DNA of 64,000 nucleotides from positions 1,596 to 65,595 of the forward strand of contig JBEBPN010000021.1 of NCBI GenBank assembly GCA_040395895.1, written 5' to 3'. Positions 17,946 through 27,065 of this stretch are shown here, piece by piece (the first letter of the stretch is position 1; the number at the start of each line of letters is the position of its first letter). The notes under the pieces are model-generated. The model was not told where the DNA came from. It searched no databases and saw only the letters and a list, made by a program, of their open reading frames with translations. The DNA is from Dysgonomonas hofstadii (GTDB lineage: Bacteria > Bacteroidota > Bacteroidia > Bacteroidales > Dysgonomonadaceae). Position numbers and translations under genes: made by a program.

Positions 17946-18488
17946 TCAGATATCCAGTCCGCCTTCCTTTTCGGTTTTATACTTTTGCGAGAGCAGACGC
18001 AACAGAGACGATATCTGTGATATGGCTGCCTGTGTTTCACCCGATACCTCTTTTTTCTGCAGACGCATTAGCAGATAACCGTACAGTGCTGCAAAGCAGG
18101 TTTCCAGCTCGGGAATATCTTTGTCCGGCGACTTTGCTCTCAGTTCGACAATGAAAGGTAATGTTTTGTAGTAAGCATCCGAGTAATCAGTCTGCTCCGG
18201 CGATTTCAGCAGGCGGTTATGCAAATCGGTCAGATCGGCAATTACATTCTTATTTATTATAAGGTGCCCTTTTTCGGTGACGCCTTCGCGCCGCATCATA
18301 TCTATCAGGTTCACATACCATTCTTTTATCTCCGCTTTTACGTTTTCGGGCTGGTCGAATCGGGAAACTATCGATGTATCTATCTTGTCAATATCCAATC
18401 CATTGGTACGTATCAGGTCTTCTACCTGCCACATGTAGAGCAGATATTCGCTTATATTCTCTTCTTTTAGCTTTCTGGCTATGAGCAT
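17946..18488 (-). CDS. Hypothetical cytoplasmic protein (DUF4924-like as I recall it)
   Basis: The likely start is the internal Met giving MLIARKLKEENISEYLLYMWQVEDLIR (18488). The track ORF extends to 18557. Confidence 0.55.
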   Translation of the reverse strand: MLIARKLKEENISEYLLYMWQVEDLIRTNGLDIDKIDTSIVSRFDQPENVKAEIKEWYVNLIDMMRREGVTEKGHLIINKNVIADLTDLHNRLLKSPEQTDYSDAYYKTLPFIVELRAKSPDKDIPELETCFAALYGYLLMRLQKKEVSGETQAAISQISSLLRLLSQKYKTEKEGGLDI

Positions 18489-18580
18489 TTTGTTATGTAT
18501 TATGTTCCGAATACAAAAGTAACGAATAATCGCGGCAATGATATACATTTGCCTCATTATGTCATTACAGCTGTATGAAG

Positions 18581-18717
18581 ATTTTAACTAAAAGCTGACA
18601 TTCCTTACAAGTTTTTCGCTCTTTTGTAGGGGCTAATAATTATTAGCCCGCCTTCTATACTTTTTCGGGCGTAAGATTTTACGCCCCTACAATACCAATT
18701 TTAACTAAAACCTGACA
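18581..18717. repeat. Composite intergenic repeat: two ATTTTAACTAAAAnCTGACA boxes flanking a GTAGGGGC...GCCCCTAC double hairpin (REP-like)
   Basis: Boxes lie at 18581-18600 and 18698-18717. GTAGGGG starts at 18626. A perfect 20-nt palindrome GGGCTAATAATTATTAGCCC spans 18630-18649, a hairpin GGGCGTAA-GATT-TTACGCCC spans 18667-18686, and CTAC ends at 18690. Confidence 0.7.
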
Positions 18718-18772
18718 AAAATGACAAGTTTACTAGCTTGTTAGCTCACATCCCCTTTATCTAGTCCACTCC

Positions 18773-18809
18773 ATTAGCTCCGCTGATTTATCAATTAGCT
18801 CCGCTGATT
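18773..18809. promoter_or_regulatory. Two identical 16-bp direct repeats with 21-bp phasing, a candidate transcription-factor site
   Basis: ATTAGCTCCGCTGATT occurs at 18773-18788 and again at 18794-18809. Confidence 0.3.
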
Positions 18810-19083
18810 GTTAATTCAAAGATCGCTTTTTACTATAGATAATTATGTTTGTTTTTCATGCACTTGTTATACCTAATTATATCCACTACGCGTATTGATG
18901 TTATTTATTTAGAAATAGATAAAATATATAACCTTGAGGTTGAACAAAGACAGACTTAGCGATGTTCTATACATAAACAGGTATATCTTACTTTTTTCAT
19001 AGTGTGTTAGATAGATTGTTTAGTTGATTTTGTACCTGTTTTATCATAGTATATGTTAGTTTTATATTAGTGTTAAGGTCCGA

Positions 19084-19118
19084 GAAGAGATGGTTGAGAC
19101 AACCGTCTCTTCTTTTTT
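19084..19118 (+). terminator. Strong intrinsic terminator with no upstream + strand gene (orphan or attenuator)
   Basis: A 13-bp stem GAAGAGATGGTTG / CAACCGTCTCTTC (one G-U pair) with loop AGA, followed by TTTTTT (19113-19118). It ends 14 nt before ATG 19133. Confidence 0.6.
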
Positions 19119-19132
19119 ATTATATTAGCATC

Positions 19133-19954
19133 ATGTTTGAAATAAAGATTATTGACAGTGGATATATAATGGCAGACGGCGGCGCAATGTTCGGTGCTAT
19201 CCCCAAGCGTGCATGGCAACGAAAATACCCATCCGATGCTGAAAACCTTTGCCCGCTGGTAATGCGTTGTGTGCTGGCCATATCAGACGAACGGAAAATT
19301 CTGATAGATACCGGAATGGGAGATAAGCACCTTGATAAAGTAGCTTATTATCGCCCGTATGATCTGGTGAATATGGAAGATACTATCCGAAATTTCGGAT
19401 ATAACGGCGAAGATATTACCGATGTTGTACTCACGCATTTGCATTTCGATCATTGCGGATATAGTACCCGAAAAGATGAAAACGGGAAAATAGTGCCCTC
19501 GTTCCCTAATGCCAGATATTGGATTAGTCGTCGTCAGTGGGACAATTTTTTACATCCCAATATTTTGGAGGCAGATTCTGTCTTTCCTGATAATATCCGG
19601 CCTGTATACGATGCCGGACAACTGTATTTTGTGGATGCTGATATGAAATTATGCGATGGCTTTGAACTGAGGCTTTTTGACGGACATACATCAGGGCAGA
19701 TAGTTGCGTATATAGATGCCGGAGATGGTATCTGTAGTTTTCCGGGCGATCTTATCCCGACGTTGGCGCACGTTCCGCTGGAGTGGATATCTGCATATGA
19801 TATAGCTGCCCTGACATCGGCTAATGAGAAAGAACGTTTCCTGTCCGAAGCTGTAAGCAACAACTATACTTTAATATACTGTCACGATGCAGTAACAGTG
19901 AAGAGTAAGGTGAAGAGGCTGAATGATAACTATAAAGCATCGATATCCGGTTAA
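19133..19954 (+). CDS. MBL-fold metallo-hydrolase
   Basis: THLHFDHCG (HxHxDH) plus downstream His/Asp ligands (FDGHTSG). The ATG at 19133 gives MFEIKIIDSGY; the upstream part of the track ORF covers the terminator and is rejected. Confidence 0.85.
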   Translation: MFEIKIIDSGYIMADGGAMFGAIPKRAWQRKYPSDAENLCPLVMRCVLAISDERKILIDTGMGDKHLDKVAYYRPYDLVNMEDTIRNFGYNGEDITDVVLTHLHFDHCGYSTRKDENGKIVPSFPNARYWISRRQWDNFLHPNILEADSVFPDNIRPVYDAGQLYFVDADMKLCDGFELRLFDGHTSGQIVAYIDAGDGICSFPGDLIPTLAHVPLEWISAYDIAALTSANEKERFLSEAVSNNYTLIYCHDAVTVKSKVKRLNDNYKASISG

Positions 19955-19983
19955 AAAGAAAAATGTTATTCTTATTCATATTT

Positions 19984-20010
19984 AAACCTGTTTACTGACA
20001 GGTTTTTTTT
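19984..20010 (+). terminator. Rho-independent terminator of the MBL-fold gene
   Basis: AAACCTGT / ACAGGTTT stem with loop TTACTG, then a T-tract. Confidence 0.65.
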
Positions 20011-20252
20011 AATGATTTTTTAGAAAAAATATAAGGGTTGAGATGTAACACCAATACTTTTTTCCCGTTTTTAAATATAGATAGAGATTCTCTTTTGTGA
20101 TGAATCTTATCATTACTTTTATTTAAACAAAACACTACAACGCAAAAAAACGCTTATCTGTGAAGACTGGCGTTTTTTTATTAAAACCTCCGTCACAATA
20201 TTTTGTAATAATCAAGACAAATGATAAATAGATTATTTTTGTGTTTTTTTTG

Positions 20253-20260
20253 TATCTTTG
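20253..20260 (+). promoter_or_regulatory. Bacteroidota -7 box TATCTTTG
   Basis: Exact match to TAnnTTTG, 45 nt upstream of ATG 20305. Confidence 0.45.
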
Positions 20261-20304
20261 CGGAGGAACATCCATTACAGGTTTCTTAACTCATATCCTC
20301 ATAT

Positions 20305-21267
20305 ATGGTAAAAACTACTCTTATATTGCAAACGCTGCATACAAAGAAATATTATTTTGCTATGCTGCTGTTGATCATCTTAATGTCATCGTGCGGATTA
20401 TTCGATAAAGAAATAAATCAGGATAAACATATTGCTGCTTTCAGATACCAGATGAGCCGTGTCAAAGACAGTCTCGATACTCATAAAGAGCGGGTTAAGG
20501 CATTTGAGACAATTATAGCAAATATAAATGAAGATAAAGCCCTGATAACTCCCAGAAAGAAAAATATGCTGTTGATGGATGGTAACGCATACATCAGTAA
20601 TGAATATCTGTTGATGAAAGAATACCCTAAAGCGATAGTCTACACAAATATGATTATCAACTTAGACTCTGCATCGGCACGCGGGTATTACAGCAGGGGA
20701 TGTATCTATCAGAAACTGAAAAGGGATAGTTTAGCGGTAAAAGATTATAATAAAGCCTTGTCGCTGAATCCCGATTATACTGATGCTTATTACAACAGAG
20801 GGATAATCTACGAAAAAAATAAAAAATATGATGAAGCTCTGGATGATTATAACAAAGCTATCAAGGGCAACCCTGCATATATAGCCGATGTATACAACAA
20901 CAGGGGAAATATATATCTGGCAAAAGAATCTTACGATAAGGCTGTAGACGATTACAGCAAGGCGATCAGCATAGATACAGCGAGTATAAATGCGTACCGT
21001 AACAGGGCTGAAGCGTATATCAAACAAGACTTACTCGATAAGGCTTTAGTTGATTACAGTAAGGCGATATCTCTGGATTCTATGAGTATAACTCCATTCC
21101 TGAAAAGGGCAGGAATACACGAGCTGAATGAAGAGTATGAAGAAGCGCTGAAAGATTATAAAAAAGTAATCGCTTTAGACCCTCATAATGCTGCCGAAGC
21201 TAATGAAATAGCCAGAGAAGCTATAAAGAAAATAAAACCTTTGATCAAGAAGAGGAAAGCTGATTAA
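20305..21267 (+). CDS. Tetratricopeptide-repeat (TPR) lipoprotein
   Basis: Lipobox LIILMSSC. At least 6 tandem 34-aa repeats follow the form A..DY.KAI.L.P....AY.NRG..Y. Confidence 0.85.
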   Translation: MVKTTLILQTLHTKKYYFAMLLLIILMSSCGLFDKEINQDKHIAAFRYQMSRVKDSLDTHKERVKAFETIIANINEDKALITPRKKNMLLMDGNAYISNEYLLMKEYPKAIVYTNMIINLDSASARGYYSRGCIYQKLKRDSLAVKDYNKALSLNPDYTDAYYNRGIIYEKNKKYDEALDDYNKAIKGNPAYIADVYNNRGNIYLAKESYDKAVDDYSKAISIDTASINAYRNRAEAYIKQDLLDKALVDYSKAISLDSMSITPFLKRAGIHELNEEYEEALKDYKKVIALDPHNAAEANEIAREAIKKIKPLIKKRKAD

Positions 21268-21274
21268 CAGAGCA

Positions 21275-21859
21275 CTACTTGTAACAATAGTGTCCTGTTA
21301 TTTTAAAACTGAAAAGGCAATCTTCCAGCACCTGACCACTCCCTATATTGTGTACTATCAGCGGTCGTTTCTTATTGGCTGACATCTTGTCTGTCACAAT
21401 ACCTATGTGTCTGATGCCATTTCCCAGATCCCATGTAACAATGTCGCCCGGCAGATAATCTTCACCTTTGTCCGAAATCTTCTTTACTGTACCGAATCGT
21501 GAAAAGAATGTAGCCTGATTGGGCACCCTGCGGTGATCTATATTCCTGTCTGTGCCTTTTGCGTTGAATAGTTTCGTAGGATATTTACTGAAGTTAGATT
21601 TCATATCCTCATGTATTTTCTTTTGCAGATCGATCCCTAATTTACGATATGCCCTGATAACGACATCGGTACAAACGCCTATATTAGGAGCTACATCCCC
21701 GTTAGGATACGGGATAGAATAGTAGCGCGGATCATATGTCACTTTGTCTTTAGTCAGTTCCAGAGCCGCATCCGATAGCCGTTTGTAAAAATTGGCCTCC
21801 TGTGCTATAGCTACCGACGAAATAACAGACAGTAGCAGGATAATGTAAATCTTCTTCAT
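21275..21859 (-). CDS. DUF1287-like secreted protein
   Basis: Signal peptide. GVCTDVVIRAYRKLGIDLQKKIHEDM...NIDHRRV...GDIVTWD matches my recollection of DUF1287. Confidence 0.65.
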   Translation of the reverse strand: MKKIYIILLLSVISSVAIAQEANFYKRLSDAALELTKDKVTYDPRYYSIPYPNGDVAPNIGVCTDVVIRAYRKLGIDLQKKIHEDMKSNFSKYPTKLFNAKGTDRNIDHRRVPNQATFFSRFGTVKKISDKGEDYLPGDIVTWDLGNGIRHIGIVTDKMSANKKRPLIVHNIGSGQVLEDCLFSFKITGHYCYK

Positions 21860-21889
21860 ATTTATAGTTTTGTATTCGTATATGATTCG

Positions 21890-22393
21890 TTAATCTGAAA
21901 AAGGTTGTTGATGTATGATTCGCCCCGAAGTCAGGCGCATTCCCCGTGTCTGTTTTGCTATAGCCGATTTGAACAGGGAATCCTGAAACTCCCATATTAT
22001 TTCTTTAGGCTTTTTCTTCGGACTCTCAGTTCTGATATGATTGAAGATGCTGTCTACAAACGCATTATCTACCCTTAATGTATCCTGTTCGTATACCGAA
22101 AGTTTACTCAGGCTTTGGCCTCCCGCATATATTGTACTGTCGCTGATTATTTCGCGTTGCCGGATAAACATATAGGGGGTAGTTACAAATTCGTTAGCAT
22201 TATTCTTGTATTCTCCTACTATCAGTCTTTTGGTCGGCATCACAGTGTATTTGCTGCCAAAGCGCTTTGTGTAAGCCGTAAGAAATATCTCTACATTGTA
22301 TGCCGTGTCGTTTCTTACCAGTAGTTGTGACGGGCTTCCGCAAGCCGAAAGGATGAATGTTATAAATGTAATAAGTGAAAGTTTCTTTGTCAT
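21890..22393 (-). CDS. Hypothetical lipoprotein
   Basis: MTKKLSLITFITFILSACG lipobox. No recognised domain. Confidence 0.6.
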   Translation of the reverse strand: MTKKLSLITFITFILSACGSPSQLLVRNDTAYNVEIFLTAYTKRFGSKYTVMPTKRLIVGEYKNNANEFVTTPYMFIRQREIISDSTIYAGGQSLSKLSVYEQDTLRVDNAFVDSIFNHIRTESPKKKPKEIIWEFQDSLFKSAIAKQTRGMRLTSGRIIHQQPFSD

Positions 22394-22527
22394 CTTTTAT
22401 TCTTTTCTTTCTTATCGTTTTGTCACTCTATGGTCAGCATGACAAAAGATATAAAACTATATATAGATACAATAATAGCTATATTTCCATAAATAAATAT
22501 AGCTATTACAGATAAAAAATATTTATA

Positions 22528-23316
22528 TCATTTTGTATAAAATACCGGAGCAAAGTAAGGCCTGTTCACCCATTTGCCATTAAATGGATTCAGTTCGCGG
22601 ATTATTCCGCCTTCCACTCCGAATTTTTCGGTTATTTTTACTTCTATGGTTCCCCCGTAATATGTTTGCGGAAACATTCCCATCATCGGGCCTTCTACTC
22701 TGTTGCTCTTTTGATTTACAGAATATTGTCCGTAAGCATTGAGGCGGATTCTGTCGTGCAGGATAAATTTGACTGCACCGTTCACACCCACATCGTTAAG
22801 AGCCTGCATACCCATACTGTTTAGAGTATACTGATTCAGATTATATTTCGATCCGTATGGTCCTGCCGAAACAACCAACCAGTCCAGAGGCTGATAATTG
22901 AAGTTCATGCTTACTGTTCTCACCGCTCCCAATGTAGGGTAGGTGTTTTGTATCGAAGCAGAACTAAGCCATGCGTTATCGGAAATTACAAGTCCTGAGC
23001 GAAACGAATAATCGTTGGCAAACGGATGGCGTGTAAACGTGTTGCTTTCCAATGGTGGGCCTGTGTAGATGTCCAACGGCGGCATATTCAGATCGATAGC
23101 TTTGGGAACTTCTTTCTGGAATGGCTCATACAAAGCAGCTTTCGATGCCTGACGAGCATTATTATCGTTGGCATCGATATTCAGGTAGTTATCGAGTTTC
23201 TCATTCAGCCGTAAAGGCTCTTTCTTGAAGGGCGGAAAAGTATCTCTGGGAGTTTCTGTCTGCCCGTATACTGTAGCAGATATTGCCAGTAGTATTATAA
23301 AGAGTAGTTTTTTCAT
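22528..23316 (-). CDS. Hypothetical secreted / outer-membrane protein
   Basis: Signal peptide MKKLLFIILLAISATVYGQ. The C-terminal half shows an alternating beta-strand-like pattern. Confidence 0.55.
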   Translation of the reverse strand: MKKLLFIILLAISATVYGQTETPRDTFPPFKKEPLRLNEKLDNYLNIDANDNNARQASKAALYEPFQKEVPKAIDLNMPPLDIYTGPPLESNTFTRHPFANDYSFRSGLVISDNAWLSSASIQNTYPTLGAVRTVSMNFNYQPLDWLVVSAGPYGSKYNLNQYTLNSMGMQALNDVGVNGAVKFILHDRIRLNAYGQYSVNQKSNRVEGPMMGMFPQTYYGGTIEVKITEKFGVEGGIIRELNPFNGKWVNRPYFAPVFYTK

Positions 23317-23549
23317 GACTTCCCGTATTTATTAATTACTCTATTCGTAAAGTTACTAAATCATTATGAAACGAGAGAATTAATATCCGAAAAGTTTTGC
23401 GCCGGTAATCAATTTTCTGAAATAATTGTTGTACATATATATCACTTATTCAATATTCGCATTTCAGTCGTTTTTATTACTCTACTATGTATTTATATAT
23501 TTATAGATATGTATTATTTTTGTTATTTTGTAAATACATTTGATGGCAT

Positions 23550-23557
23550 TATCTTTG
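23550..23557 (+). promoter_or_regulatory. Bacteroidota -7 box TATCTTTG, with a second TACATTTG at 23535-23542
   Basis: TAnnTTTG matches upstream of the pirin gene. Confidence 0.4.
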
Positions 23558-23637
23558 TATTGTAATAATAGATATAATATTCAATAATAAGAGTTTTCAG
23601 ATAAATAAAATTATAATAAAAGAAAGGAAAAACAATT

Positions 23638-24360
23638 ATGAAAACAACATTGTACCGTGCATCTTCAAGAGGACATGCCAATCATGGTTGGTTAAATACT
23701 CATCATACTTTTAGCTTTGCCAATTACTATAATCCTGAGCGCATCCATTTTGGCGCACTTCGTGTTGTAAACGATGACATAGTAGCAGGTGGAGAAGGGT
23801 TCGGTACCCATCCGCACGACAATATGGAAATCGTATCGATACCATTGTATGGCGATTTGGAACACAAGGACAGTATGGGACATACCGAAGTTATAAAAGC
23901 CGGAGAAGTACAGGTGATGAGTGCCGGAACAGGTATTACACACAGCGAATACAATTCGGATGAATACAAACCGGTGAGCTTTTTCCAGATATGGGTATTC
24001 CCTGATACAAAAAACGTGACACCTCGCTATGATCAGAGAGCGTTTGACTTTATCGACAATAAGAATACATTGATACAGATTGTAGGTCCGAAAAACGATG
24101 CTGATAATACCGGATTGTGGATACATCAGAGTGCATGGTTTAGTATCGGTACTTTCGACAAAGGTAAGGAGATAGACTACAAAGTAAAAAAAGCCGGTAA
24201 CGGTGTATTTGCAATGGTGGTTGAAGGTGAATTCTCCATCGGTGATCAGAAGTTGCACCACAGAGATGCTTTGGGTATCTCGGATGTAAACGATGTAAAA
24301 ATAACAGCCGAATCGGATAATGCCCGTATATTACTGATAGATGTGCCTATGGTATTCTAA
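23638..24360 (+). CDS. Pirin family protein (bicupin)
   Basis: RGHANHGWLNTHHTFSFANYYNPERIHFGALRVVNDD and HPHDNMEIVSIPLYGDLEHKDS, the cupin metal ligands. Confidence 0.9.
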   Translation: MKTTLYRASSRGHANHGWLNTHHTFSFANYYNPERIHFGALRVVNDDIVAGGEGFGTHPHDNMEIVSIPLYGDLEHKDSMGHTEVIKAGEVQVMSAGTGITHSEYNSDEYKPVSFFQIWVFPDTKNVTPRYDQRAFDFIDNKNTLIQIVGPKNDADNTGLWIHQSAWFSIGTFDKGKEIDYKVKKAGNGVFAMVVEGEFSIGDQKLHHRDALGISDVNDVKITAESDNARILLIDVPMVF

Positions 24361-24382
24361 ATACGGAATAAATAAAAAAGAG

Positions 24383-24417
24383 AAGCCGGAGAGTAAAAAT
24401 TACTTTCCGGCTTTTTA
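24383..24417. terminator. Bidirectional terminator between convergent genes
   Basis: AAGCCGGAGAGTA / TACTTTCCGGCTT, a 13-bp stem with one G-U pair. It is flanked by an A-tract upstream and a T-tract downstream. Confidence 0.65.
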
Positions 24418-24444
24418 TTTCGATTAAACTAAGTGTTATACTTC

Positions 24445-24915
24445 TTATTCAGTGAACAGCCCCCGCTCGAATGTATCGATTGCATTCACTTTTACAAGTA
24501 CGCTTTCGTCGATATTCAGTTCTTTGGCTATTTCACTCTTCATATCGGAAACGATATAGATCATAGAGTCTTCTTTTACTACTGTTCTTACACCTCTGGA
24601 GTCGTCCATCGAGAACATGTTCTTATCCATAACCTTATATATGCCTTTTATCGGATCGGAGTAATCCTGATAATAGTAATAAGTCTTATCGTTTTTGAAT
24701 TCGTAGCTTACCACATATTGCGTATTTCTGTTGACGATGTAGTCTTCTACTTTTTGTCTTATGGCAGGATCGTTGACAAATACTTCCGCTTTGGTGGAGA
24801 TGTGTACCCAATGTCCTTCCACTCCTTTGGTATATGAGCTGTCATCCTTGTCGCATGACGTGAAAGTCAGTACAAAAACAGCAAGCGGTAAAAGTATGTA
24901 TATCAGATATTTCAT
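24445..24915 (-). CDS. Hypothetical lipoprotein
   Basis: MKYLIYILLPLAVFVLTFTSC lipobox. The overlapping + ORF 24433..24837 has no supporting features. Confidence 0.65.
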   Translation of the reverse strand: MKYLIYILLPLAVFVLTFTSCDKDDSSYTKGVEGHWVHISTKAEVFVNDPAIRQKVEDYIVNRNTQYVVSYEFKNDKTYYYYQDYSDPIKGIYKVMDKNMFSMDDSRGVRTVVKEDSMIYIVSDMKSEIAKELNIDESVLVKVNAIDTFERGLFTE

Positions 24916-25111
24916 ATTTACAACCTTTAAATTAAGGTTATTTCACAAAATTACATAATTATAACGAGATGTACGGCTTATTATTGCACTTTTTTATAAA
25001 AATCCGAGTGAAAATATGTTAAATATTACACCCGGATTTCAAACTACGGTAATAGCTTTATCATTATCGATACTAACAACCTTTATTTATGTGCAATACA
25101 GCAAAATCATT

Positions 25112-26617
25112 TCAATTAAAATCAAAATTATTGTGATAACTATAGTAATCATAACCGTTTATTCTTATAGAGTTTATATGATAAGAGTCTTTCAATAGCA
25201 TATCCAAAACTACTGTCTTGTTTTTAGGGCGTGTGATTACTACTTCAAATGTTTCGGCATTCCATTTGTTATAGTTATCGTACCATTTGGGATTGATTGT
25301 CAAAGCCGAATCGCTTACAGCATAATCCAGTCTTAAAGCTTCTGCTTTTCTGTTGGCCGATACTTCATTTTCGCCGAAATCTCTTTTTCGTATCTCCACT
25401 TTATAATCAGTCGACAATGTATCTTCCTTTACTACTACACGTGGCAAAATACATATCTGCCTGTTGCGGAGTTTGTTGCCTTTATAAAACATTGCCGTGT
25501 TATTTGGTTGTGGAGTTGCATCCAGATATTCTTCTCCCAGTTTTACATACAGCGTGTCCGATGGTGTATTTAAGGAGACCTGCTCTGTAGCCTCTTCGGA
25601 ATTCTGATGCGAATATGCAAACTTAGCTCCCATATTCCCCAGATAAGAAACTGATACGATCCAGATCACCAGTCCTATAATGAAACTTATCAGGCTTTGA
25701 GTTGTGAATGCCGAACGGCGTATGATTTTTACCATGAGATTGAACAGACCTGCTGCCGGTAATATAATGGCCAATATCACGGCTATTTTGAAATTCCATG
25801 TATTATACCCCATCAGTACCAGATAATTTGCAGATCCCAGAATTTCTGTATCCATATACAACCACACCATTGTCACTATAGTTGCGATCAGGTAAATGAG
25901 CGTTACGGCGGCTACTACTCCGGCAATGATATTGATAAATACATCGAGAATCGTACTTGCTACACTGCCTCTGTATTTTCGCGATGCGGCGGGCTGGGTG
26001 CGGTCTTCTATGTTCTCTATCGAGGGGTCGGAACCTGTCATTTCCAGTCGCTGCTTGAATGTTCTCGCAGCCGGCATCACTATCCATAAGATAATGTATA
26101 TCAATACTACCGTCATGCAGGCAGGCCATCTGTTTGCCACTATAAAGAGAAAGACGAAGATGCCTGCTACAGCTAACCGGATAGCTGTAGGATCGATGCG
26201 TAGATAATGGCTCAATCCGCTACATACCCCGCCGATGATTTTATTGTCTACATCGCGGAGTAGTTTCTTTTTGAAAAGATCCTGTGTATATTCACTGTAT
26301 GTTTTCTGCTTGTGGTCACTCTCCGTATTTCCGTTATTGACGGTCTCCGGTTCGGAATCATCAAAATCTTTCGGATTACCCATTATCTTTATGATTTCCT
26401 GAGCGTCGGTAAGATTGACCACCCCGTCCTTGTTGTTCATTCTTATCTGCAACAACTCGCTAAGGCGGGTTTCTATATCCCCGGTGATTTCATCGGCTTC
26501 CGGGCTACCTGAAAAATGCCGCTTCAAGGCTTGCAGGTAATTGTCGAGAACATGATATGCGTCTTCTTCTACATTGAAGGCCAGACCGCCTATACTAACT
26601 CTTATTGTTGGTTTCAT
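25112..26617 (-). CDS. PspC domain-containing membrane protein (long form)
   Basis: KLLRDVDNKIIGGVCSGLSHYLRIDPTAIRLAVAGIFVF (PspC domain), followed by multiple TM helices and a C-terminal extracytoplasmic domain. Confidence 0.8.
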   Translation of the reverse strand: MKPTIRVSIGGLAFNVEEDAYHVLDNYLQALKRHFSGSPEADEITGDIETRLSELLQIRMNNKDGVVNLTDAQEIIKIMGNPKDFDDSEPETVNNGNTESDHKQKTYSEYTQDLFKKKLLRDVDNKIIGGVCSGLSHYLRIDPTAIRLAVAGIFVFLFIVANRWPACMTVVLIYIILWIVMPAARTFKQRLEMTGSDPSIENIEDRTQPAASRKYRGSVASTILDVFINIIAGVVAAVTLIYLIATIVTMVWLYMDTEILGSANYLVLMGYNTWNFKIAVILAIILPAAGLFNLMVKIIRRSAFTTQSLISFIIGLVIWIVSVSYLGNMGAKFAYSHQNSEEATEQVSLNTPSDTLYVKLGEEYLDATPQPNNTAMFYKGNKLRNRQICILPRVVVKEDTLSTDYKVEIRKRDFGENEVSANRKAEALRLDYAVSDSALTINPKWYDNYNKWNAETFEVVITRPKNKTVVLDMLLKDSYHINSIRINGYDYYSYHNNFDFN

Positions 26618-26628
26618 CGCCGTATATA

Positions 26629-26964
26629 TTATTTGTTTCTAATGTTGTCAATCACTCTTACCAGATCGATCCATGCAGTATCTAGTTCGTCGAGTACAGC
26701 CCGTCCTTTATCGGTGATGGCGTAATACTTTCTCGGAGGCCCCTGTGTGGATTCTTCCCAGCGATAACTAAGCACTCCCTGATTCTTCTGGCGGGTAAGC
26801 AAAGGATATAGCGTTCCCTCTACGACAATCATTTCCGACTCTTTCAATTCGTTTATTATGGCCGATACATAGGCATCGCCTTTCGACAAAATGCTGAGAA
26901 TACAGTATTCGAGTATTCCTTTACGCATTTGTGCTTTTATATTATCTACGTTTATTGTTTCCAT
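26629..26964 (-). CDS. PadR family transcriptional regulator
   Basis: ILEYCILSILSKGDAYVSAIINELKES...VEGTLYPLLTRQKNQGVLSYRWEESTQGPPRKYYAITDKG. Confidence 0.9.
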   Translation of the reverse strand: METINVDNIKAQMRKGILEYCILSILSKGDAYVSAIINELKESEMIVVEGTLYPLLTRQKNQGVLSYRWEESTQGPPRKYYAITDKGRAVLDELDTAWIDLVRVIDNIRNK

Positions 26965-27065
26965 TTTGTTTAATTTTGGTCGTAATATTTTTCATAAAAT
27001 TTCAGATTTCTTATCCGGTTACAGGTGTAAGCATTATCTGTAGCATAAAAAATATGACATTAATT

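Noticed and set aside
19070-19132. N-terminal extension of the MBL-fold ORF (track start 19070).
   Set aside because: It has a non-ATG start, and the extension is encoded by the 13-bp terminator hairpin and T-tract. The conserved protein starts at MFEIKIID (19133).
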